The position numbers and the translations under genes are program-made. DNA of 64,000 bases from Oscillospiraceae bacterium. Lineage in GTDB: Bacteria; Bacillota; Clostridia; Oscillospirales; JAAYXM01. Positions 57,040-64,000 of the stretch are shown here, piece by piece (the first letter of the stretch is position 1; each line of letters opens with the position of its first letter). Location: contig JAFSIZ010000050.1 of assembly GCA_017439555.1 (NCBI GenBank), positions 439 through 64,438 of the forward strand, in the 5' to 3' direction. The notes under the pieces are model-generated. The model was not told where the DNA came from. It saw nothing but the letters and a program-made list of their open reading frames with translations, and did not search any database.

Positions 57040-58377
57040 ATGTTGAAAGCAGGTATGTCAAAGCGCGATATAACACCGCCGCTCGGTTTGCCGCTCGTCG
57101 GATATCCGCATTATACAAGAGCAAACGAGGGAGCACACGATCCGCTCCTGTCATCGGTTATGTATATCTCAAACGGTGAGTGTGAAACAGTTCTTGTCAC
57201 GCTCGATGTCCTCATTTTCTCAAAGAGACACGTTGCCGAAATCCGCAGACGCGTTGAGAAGGAATGTGGAATTCCGGGTAAGAATATTATGATAAGCTGT
57301 ACGCATACCCATTCGGGCCCACTTACATTCTCTCCGTGGGATCTTGAAAGTATCGTATCGGGGAACACAGACCAGCCGTGGGAATATATTGAAGATGTTA
57401 TCTCAAAGACAACAGAAGCCATTGTTGAAGCTAAGAAAAATGCATTTGCGGCATCGTTTACCTCAGGTGCAGCAATGTGTGGAGCAGAGTCGGGCGTTGG
57501 CGGAAACCGCCGCATCCCGGGTGGACCTCACGATCCGTTTGTCGGCGTGCTTGCAGTAAAGGACGAAACGGGAAGGGTGCGCGGTATGTATGTAAACTAT
57601 GCCCTTCATCCGACGTTTATCCACGAATGGAGCAACGTCTGCACATCTGACTATCCATATTATGTAAGGCTCGAGCTCGAGGAGCAGGAGAAGGATATTG
57701 TTGTCTGCTTCGGTCAGGGTGCATCGGGCAACCAGTCAAGCCGCTATTATCGCAACGGCGAAAGCTATGATGAGGCAGAGCGCGTCGGGCGTGCAATCGG
57801 CCGTGCAGCGCATACAGTGCTTGACAATGCAGAGTGGAAGACAGATATGCCGATAAAGGTTGTAAGCGAGGAAATTGAGTTCGTTATCCGCGAGTTTGCG
57901 TCAGTTGAAGAGCTTGAGGCACAGTGTGCACACGATACTGCGGTATATAAAGAGCTCTATGCAAAATACGGCGATTCCGAAAACCGTGATGAATATCTGC
58001 TCTGGCAGAATGCAAACCTCAAATGCCTCGGTTCGGAAAATCAGCTGCAGTATGCAAAGCTCAGAATGCAGGGTATCAGAATACCTGTTGTCGAGGAAGA
58101 AAACCCTGCAGAAATTCAGGTTATCCGTCTCGGAGATGCCTGCGTTGTCGGTGTTCCGGGTGAAAATTTTGTTGAATATGCTCTCTATATAAAGGCGATG
58201 GCAGGCTTTAAAACCGTTATTTACAACGAGCTTGCAAACGGTGCGCTTGCAGGATATCTTTGCACACCCGAATCGATGGTGCTCGGTGGCTATGAAACAG
58301 ACACCTCGTGGATGGATGTGCAATATGGAAAAAATATGGTCAACAAGGCAATCGAGCTTATTGAAAACGTGAAGTAA
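57040..58377 (+). CDS. Neutral/alkaline ceramidase-like Zn amidohydrolase (paralog 4)
   Basis: MLKAGMSKRDITPP, CTHTHSGP, NYALHPT, QGASGNQS, GGYE; start ATG 57040. Confidence 0.85.
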   Translation: MLKAGMSKRDITPPLGLPLVGYPHYTRANEGAHDPLLSSVMYISNGECETVLVTLDVLIFSKRHVAEIRRRVEKECGIPGKNIMISCTHTHSGPLTFSPWDLESIVSGNTDQPWEYIEDVISKTTEAIVEAKKNAFAASFTSGAAMCGAESGVGGNRRIPGGPHDPFVGVLAVKDETGRVRGMYVNYALHPTFIHEWSNVCTSDYPYYVRLELEEQEKDIVVCFGQGASGNQSSRYYRNGESYDEAERVGRAIGRAAHTVLDNAEWKTDMPIKVVSEEIEFVIREFASVEELEAQCAHDTAVYKELYAKYGDSENRDEYLLWQNANLKCLGSENQLQYAKLRMQGIRIPVVEEENPAEIQVIRLGDACVVGVPGENFVEYALYIKAMAGFKTVIYNELANGALAGYLCTPESMVLGGYETDTSWMDVQYGKNMVNKAIELIENVK

Positions 58378-58384
58378 AAGATGA

Positions 58385-58423
58385 AAGCACCCCTTTGAAA
58401 CTTAATGTTTCAAGGGGGTGCTT
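58385..58423 (+). terminator. Stem-loop terminator
   Basis: AAGCACCCCTTTGAAAC-TTAAT-GTTTCAAGGGGGTGCTT. Confidence 0.7.
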
Positions 58424-58563
58424 GCTTTGAGCGAAGGAGGGGGCAGAAATGTTCTGAGAAGTATATTGCTTGCGGAAATCAGCAAAATTTCATAAGTTTA
58501 TATTGAGATTGACTCTGTTGTCCGGATAAATATTGTGGTATAATAAAAAAGAGGTGGCTTTTT

Positions 58564-59424
58564 ATGAAGATTGGAACAATGATAAAATATGGAAACAGCG
58601 CGGATAAAACAGTATCAATAACAGAGATCGAGCGCAAGTTCCGCGAGCTTTCCGAATGTGGGATAGATAATTGTCAGCTTTGCAGCTGGGCGCCTGTGTT
58701 GTGGACGGATGAAAACGCAGAAAAAATAAACGGCTTTTCGGAAAAATATAATGTAAAAATATCATCCTTCTGGTGCGGATGGGAAGGGCCGATGAGATGG
58801 GATTTTTATGAAGGTCAATATTCGCTCGGACTTGTTGCTCCGGAATACCGCGAAATGAGAATTAAAAACCTCTGTGACGGTGCGGATTTTGCAAAGAAGC
58901 TCGGGGTTGTGGATGTTGCAACACATATGGGCTTCATTCCTGAAAATCCTTATGACGCAAATTTTGTGCCGATGTGCATAGCAATACGCACTGTTGCAGA
59001 GCATCTTGAAAAGAATGGGCAGTTTCTTCTGTTTGAAACAGGGCAGGAAACTCCGGTAACGATGCTGAGATGCTTTGAGACTGTCGGCTGCGACAATCTC
59101 GGCGTAAATCTTGATACTGCAAATCTTATTCTCTATGGAAAGGCAAATCCTGTCGATGCGCTCGATGTGTTTGGTAAATATGTTCGTGCAATTCATGCAA
59201 AAGACGGATTTTATCCGACGAACGGACATGATCTTGGCCGTCAGGTCCGCATAGGGGAGGGGAAAGTCGATTTTCATGGCGTTTTAAAAGGATTACACAA
59301 GCTCGGTTATAACGGATATGTGACTATTGAACACGAAATAGACGGTGACAACGAAAAAGAGGCGATACTCGCTGCGCGTGATTATCTTGAAAAGATTATA
59401 GCTGATGTCTGCGGAGAAAAATAA
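58564..59424 (+). CDS. Sugar-phosphate isomerase/epimerase (xylose isomerase-like TIM barrel)
   Basis: THMGFIP, FETGQE, NLDTANL, HAKDG, GEGKVDF, GYNGYVTIEHE. Confidence 0.88.
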   Translation: MKIGTMIKYGNSADKTVSITEIERKFRELSECGIDNCQLCSWAPVLWTDENAEKINGFSEKYNVKISSFWCGWEGPMRWDFYEGQYSLGLVAPEYREMRIKNLCDGADFAKKLGVVDVATHMGFIPENPYDANFVPMCIAIRTVAEHLEKNGQFLLFETGQETPVTMLRCFETVGCDNLGVNLDTANLILYGKANPVDALDVFGKYVRAIHAKDGFYPTNGHDLGRQVRIGEGKVDFHGVLKGLHKLGYNGYVTIEHEIDGDNEKEAILAARDYLEKIIADVCGEK

Positions 59425-59489
59425 GATGCTTAAAGTTATAATCGCAAGAGCTGGAGATAGTTATCGACATAGTGAAAGGCTTTGATAAA

Positions 59490-59715
59490 AAACGGCAACC
59501 GATTTTGCAATTTCGATGAGACCGCAGACAGCGATTGCAGCTGCGGAGGAGTCATAGTAGACGGGCTCTTCGGGTGCGCGGAGTTGCAAGCATATCACCT
59601 GTTTCCGGATCAAACTCAACGATAAGGTTTGAAGAGCCGTCAACGCGGATAAAGCTCTTTGCAACGGTGTCTGCGTGTGACTCTGCAATCTGTGCAAAAC
59701 GAGGGCCATCCTGCA
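59490..59715 (-). pseudogene. Relic of a GH88 unsaturated glucuronyl hydrolase (two fused, out-of-frame fragments)
   Basis: Fragments PRFAQIAESHADTVAKSFIRVDGSSNLIVEFDPETG and RAPEEPVYYDSSAAAIAVCGLIEIAKSV match separated GH88 motifs; no start, large internal deletion. Confidence 0.75.
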
Positions 59716-59754
59716 CGGATGTCTTATTAATTTCTATTCAAACAATTAAAACGA

Positions 59755-59845
59755 TAAAAAACGCTGAACGAAAACGTTCAGCGTTTTTTATCGTTGTTGA
59801 TTTTTCGAATATGACATCGGGTAGTGTTGTAATGTGTTTTTTCAA
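59755..59845 (-). pseudogene. Relic 3' end plus terminator of a LacI paralog
   Basis: KHITTLPDVIFEKSTTIK versus KRITVLPEVIFRKSTEIK of the LacI gene at 55925; same AAAAACGCTGAAC..GTTCAGCGTTTTT hairpin. Confidence 0.7.
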
Positions 59846-59850
59846 CAGAG

Positions 59851-60789
59851 TTATTTCAGTTGTTGTTTCTGACTTGAAGTCGGTGTGTATTCAATGGGGG
59901 GATGCGTAGCTCTTTCGGGGGATGTAAAAATATCAATGCAAAATTTTGAGGGGGAAACACCAAAATGTCTTGTGAAAAGCCGTGTGAGATTTGTGCGATC
60001 TCCAAGACCGCAAAGCTTTGCAACATTGTCAAGGAGTATTTTTGAATGATGTTGGCTTAAAAGCAGGTTGCGCACGGCTGTAAGTCTGCGGGAAAGCAGA
60101 TATTGAGAAAAGGTGAGATTTGTTATTTCTTTAAAATGTGTGGTGAAAGTGCTGCGAGACATTCCGGCTATTGGGCAAACACTATCTATTGTGAGCTTTT
60201 TTTGATAGTTGAAATCTATACAATTCACAGATCTTTTTATTGCGCGAACGCGCTCTAAAACAGCTTGTCTGTTATACTCGACACGCTCTTTTGTGCATAG
60301 CAACGTGAAAATCTTACCTAACAATACAGCAGTTTTTTTCGGAGACAGATTTTCTTTTTTTGAGAATTCAACGGTTAACCCCTCAAAGAGAGCTTTTGCA
60401 TCATCCTTTTCACTCTCTTTGAAATTATAAATCTGAGGAATGGCGTAATTCTCAAAATAAGAGAGTCTTCCGCAGTATGGGAAAAAACTATATCCATTAT
60501 CCGACATAAAGTTATCAATAAAAGAAATAAAGATAACAATCGGAGTGTCATCTGATTGGGAAAGATCCGTTATGTGATCGATAAAGGGGAGAATGACGGA
60601 ACAGGAATCGGGCTCCTGAATATATTTTTTGCCGTTGATTGTATGATGAAGAGTACCTGACTTAACATAGCATAGTTGGATGTGATCATGCATATGCAGA
60701 TAGGCCTTTGCTCGCTGATATTGTGTTGAAATTCTTATGGGTAGATTCTCGAAATGCTGCGTAGACACAATAGGAGGAACAATCTTCAT
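59851..60789 (-). CDS. AraC-family transcriptional regulator
   Basis: LHMHDHIQLCY cupin; AGMSRSTFTTHFK, VAKLCGLGDRTNLTRLFTRHFGVSP. Confidence 0.85.
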   Translation of the reverse strand: MKIVPPIVSTQHFENLPIRISTQYQRAKAYLHMHDHIQLCYVKSGTLHHTINGKKYIQEPDSCSVILPFIDHITDLSQSDDTPIVIFISFIDNFMSDNGYSFFPYCGRLSYFENYAIPQIYNFKESEKDDAKALFEGLTVEFSKKENLSPKKTAVLLGKIFTLLCTKERVEYNRQAVLERVRAIKRSVNCIDFNYQKKLTIDSVCPIAGMSRSTFTTHFKEITNLTFSQYLLSRRLTAVRNLLLSQHHSKILLDNVAKLCGLGDRTNLTRLFTRHFGVSPSKFCIDIFTSPERATHPPIEYTPTSSQKQQLK

Positions 60790-60974
60790 AAATCAGAGTT
60801 CACCTCAATTTCGGAAAGCGATTATTGAATAAATTATATCATTGTGTACAAGCCCTGTCAAATGAAAAAATCATTCGATTTGCAACGTTTTTTTCTTGTC
60901 TTACTTAAAAATGATATTGTATACTTGTCATAGACAATATATATACTGGAAGTATAAGATTGGAGGAAAAATAA

Positions 60975-63900
60975 ATGAAGAAGATATTGTCGCTTATTCT
61001 TGTATTGGTGCTTGTTGTCGGCATGATACCGGATATTATCCCAAATGTTTCTGCGGCATCAGGGAGCGTAACATATACATTTACATATACAGCTCGCTCT
61101 GATGCCGGCAGGTCGACAACTCTTGAAGCGGCGGACGGAACATGGAGTTCTGTATACAAGCAGTTTCCGGTAAACCCTGCAAATCCGGGCGAAAACTGGG
61201 CATATCTCGGATCTGGTGTCGGAAGAGCTGTAAAACCCGGAACAGCGTATGTTCAGATCGCCAGATATGTAGGTACAAACAGATGGTACGCCGATGAGTG
61301 GACAGCATTCAAAATAAAGGTTCCCGAAACGGGGAAATATATACTTTCAAAAGCGACAGGTTTTGCGTATTCAAACGGTTCGCAGGATCTTGGCATATAT
61401 CTCGTTCCGCTTGATGAGACGTATTCAAATCTTTTTCAAGAAGGGAATACATCAACCTACGGAACTATATCTGATGGAGAGTATCGCAAGGGACACAAGA
61501 CGTTTACTCAGCTTGGAATTCCCGAAAACACAAAAATAGGTTTTACAACAGATCTCAGAGCATCCTCTTCTACCTATGATTGTGAACTAGGATTAACCGA
61601 TACCACTGTGCGTGAATTGGAGTCAGGCGTAGAGTATGCGCTTGTTTTGAGAACAACGACGGCAGGCGCACAGACTATTACGAGCTTGACATTTGATTAC
61701 GAAAAGGAAGAAACGAAGCTTACAGATATTGAAGTAAGTTTCGGCGATGAGGTGATTGTCGGAACGAAACTTGAACCTGAAATAATCTGGAAAAGCGGAG
61801 AAAATGTGATTGAAAATGCTTCCGGTGAAGTATCGCTTGAAATTATTGAAAATGAAAGCGATGCCCTTATTGATGCGGGAAGCGGAAGTATTTATGCGAG
61901 AGGCGAAGGAAGTGCGATTGTGCAGGTTACCGGAACTCTCAATGGAGTATCTGTGTCGGTAAATGCAGAGGTGACTGTCACAAAGGGCATAGCCTATTCC
62001 GGCGTGGATCAGCAATATTTATTTTATCTGAATGCATATCCGGGACTATCTGCTGTTGGTTTCAAAGCATCTGAGATAAACGAAGAAACCTTCACAAGCG
62101 GATGTGCTTGCCTTGAATACAATGATAGCCGCCCATGGGCTTTTGTTGCGGCGAAAGCTTCAAGACCGGATAATAGCGGAGTGTATTTCAAGCTTTATGC
62201 AAAATATCTGGATCTTTCAGCAAGAATCGGGGAGTGGGCAGCTTTCAAGGTCAAAGTGCCTGCACCGGGAAAGTATATGGTGGACGTCGGCGGCTATACA
62301 TATGCCTCAGGCGGAAAGGCCAATATATATATGCTTCCGTATGAAGAGAGTATGAGTTTTTCCGAAATTTCCGCAAATATTGACAGCTATATATCAGAGG
62401 ACAATTACATAGCTTCGGCAGACTTTAACGGAACCGTCACGGATTCCGTGGTGCAGAAAGCAGTCGGTTCTTTTGTCGCTGCGGATAATCTCGACTATAG
62501 CAAAGGATATGCAGATTATCTGATGGTAGTAACAACAAATCGCAGTGATATAAAATCGAGTGCATATGCAGTGTTGCTTCATTCTGTAAGCCTTATAGGA
62601 AGCGGAGGGATAGACGAGTTAGATATTACAATGTCTGATACGGAGATCGGAATCGGAGAGAGCACAGTCGTAGAGAATGTATCAGCGTTTTATCCCGGTG
62701 GCGGAAAGATGAATCTTGAGGATGCATTTATAAGGCACAGCATATCCAATGGAGCTTCGGATATACTTGAGATTTCGGAAGATGGCAAAACCTTTACGGC
62801 CATCGGAGAAGGGACTGCAGAGATTGAAACACTTGTCATCGCTGAAGGAAGCGTAGCTTCTGAGAAAACAACGATTACTGTTGATGACAGCCAGGGGGTT
62901 ATGAATGCATTCCTTTATGGCGAGGATGAGGTATATGTCGGAGAGGAATTGGCTCTTGCAACCGGAATTGAGCTCAACAACAGAAAACTTGTTGACATCG
63001 GAGAGGTTGTTCGATACGATGTTGTAAGTCAGTCTGAGGAAGGTGTGCTGATTCTTTCTGAAGACGAAAAGAAAGTTGTTGCAGAAAAGAGCGGAACAGC
63101 ACAACTGAGAGCGGAGATTAGCGTAAGAGGAAAGCTTATCTATACAGATACAATAACAGTAAATGTTGTCGAATCAAAGCTTGCCTATAGCTCATACCCA
63201 ACAGATTTCTCGATAGATCTGCGTCAGGGTACATATAGCGGAGATGCTTTTTCGACGCTTCCTGAAATAACTGAATACAGTGAACATCGCAATTGGATAT
63301 ATCACGACTTTACTAATCCGAATCCTCAATATAAAGTGATAGAGCTTCCTGCGAAGACAGCAAAGTATTCATATATACTGTGGTCATCAGCTACCGCGGA
63401 AGGGTATCTTGCGTTCAAGGTAATCTTCCCTGCTGCAGGCAAATATGTTGCGGAATCATATGGATATTGCAGAGACAGAACTCCAAATATTGAAATGTAT
63501 GTAATTCCGGCAACTGATGAAAACGCTGCAGCATTAGGCGAGCTGATTGTTAAAGATAATGAGTTTTATGCAGGAAGTGCGGAGCACTATCGCAGCACGG
63601 CAATGTTCTTTGAAAAGAATACATTTGATGGATTTGCCGATATAAAGGAAGCCGGAGAATATTTTGTGGTATTCAAGTGTGTTCCGGGAATAGCATATCA
63701 GTTGAATCCGGGGCAAGGTGAAGCATGGTATAACCTCAGTGTGAATTTTAAAAACACAAGTATTATGAGCTCAGTAGAGCTTGTTGCGGAAAAGAAGAAA
63801 ATTGAGGTAGGAGAAAATATTTCTCTTGATGTCAAGTGCTGTGATGCTGAAGGAAACGAAATTGATGCCTCTAATCTTATTACCGTAAGCTATAGTTCTG

Positions 63901-64000
63901 AGAATGAATCGGTGGCAACAGTTGACAAGAATGGAAAAGTCACCGGTATAAGCGACGGAGTTGCAACGATAGTTGCTACAGCTACTGTAGGGGAGGTAAC
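60975..64000 (+). CDS. Large secreted multimodular protein with CBM-like and Big_2 domains, partial (runs off window end)
   Basis: Absent from the ORF track because no stop is reached; RBS GGAGG; MKKILSLILVLVLVVGMIP signal peptide; WTAFKIKVPETGKY, WAAFKVKVPAPGKY, LAFKVIFPAAGKY modules; ends in frame in Big_2 (YSSENESVATVDKNGKVTGISDG). Confidence 0.85.
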   Translation, partial: MKKILSLILVLVLVVGMIPDIIPNVSAASGSVTYTFTYTARSDAGRSTTLEAADGTWSSVYKQFPVNPANPGENWAYLGSGVGRAVKPGTAYVQIARYVGTNRWYADEWTAFKIKVPETGKYILSKATGFAYSNGSQDLGIYLVPLDETYSNLFQEGNTSTYGTISDGEYRKGHKTFTQLGIPENTKIGFTTDLRASSSTYDCELGLTDTTVRELESGVEYALVLRTTTAGAQTITSLTFDYEKEETKLTDIEVSFGDEVIVGTKLEPEIIWKSGENVIENASGEVSLEIIENESDALIDAGSGSIYARGEGSAIVQVTGTLNGVSVSVNAEVTVTKGIAYSGVDQQYLFYLNAYPGLSAVGFKASEINEETFTSGCACLEYNDSRPWAFVAAKASRPDNSGVYFKLYAKYLDLSARIGEWAAFKVKVPAPGKYMVDVGGYTYASGGKANIYMLPYEESMSFSEISANIDSYISEDNYIASADFNGTVTDSVVQKAVGSFVAADNLDYSKGYADYLMVVTTNRSDIKSSAYAVLLHSVSLIGSGGIDELDITMSDTEIGIGESTVVENVSAFYPGGGKMNLEDAFIRHSISNGASDILEISEDGKTFTAIGEGTAEIETLVIAEGSVASEKTTITVDDSQGVMNAFLYGEDEVYVGEELALATGIELNNRKLVDIGEVVRYDVVSQSEEGVLILSEDEKKVVAEKSGTAQLRAEISVRGKLIYTDTITVNVVESKLAYSSYPTDFSIDLRQGTYSGDAFSTLPEITEYSEHRNWIYHDFTNPNPQYKVIELPAKTAKYSYILWSSATAEGYLAFKVIFPAAGKYVAESYGYCRDRTPNIEMYVIPATDENAAALGELIVKDNEFYAGSAEHYRSTAMFFEKNTFDGFADIKEAGEYFVVFKCVPGIAYQLNPGQGEAWYNLSVNFKNTSIMSSVELVAEKKKIEVGENISLDVKCCDAEGNEIDASNLITVSYSSENESVATVDKNGKVTGISDGVATIVATATVGEV

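Overview
Window from a spore-forming Clostridia genome (Oscillospiraceae/Ruminococcaceae-like, judged from spoIIGA-sigE-sigG, a SipL-like coat gene, ytvI and SLH proteins). Core blocks: partial DtxR/MntR regulator, ytvI, ACT regulator-hom-lysC, a TPP-riboswitch-controlled thiamine salvage operon (thiW-thiM-thiE-thiD-cytX-thiN), sipL, tex, spoIIGA-sigE-sigG and an aconitase-family hydratase. Accessory blocks: (i) an XRE + BspA-type LRR surface protein + unannotated 43-aa YxxP peptide islet; (ii) a ~31 kb carbohydrate block (14.8-46.0 kb) with a solute-binding protein, AraC regulators, a GH-like enzyme, an 855-aa secreted protein, a 3197-aa SLH-anchored heparinase II/III-like protein, and a 9-gene operon rich in amide hydrolases (FGGY kinase, M28, two ceramidase-like, NagA-like, NagB-like, SIS, TIM-like, YjbQ); (iii) a second carbohydrate block (54-64 kb) with DUF4838, LacI, a fourth ceramidase-like gene, an epimerase, gene relics and the start of another giant secreted protein. 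Most notable: a second, truncated TPP-like RNA (pyrimidine-sensor half only) downstream of the canonical TPP riboswitch; the multi-amidase amino-sugar catabolic operon; the lasso-precursor-like peptide paired with a surface protein; shuffled CBM-like modules; and a MITE inserted in a terminator with a 24-bp target duplication. All family assignments are from motif recognition by eye, not from database searches. No tRNA, rRNA or CRISPR array was seen.
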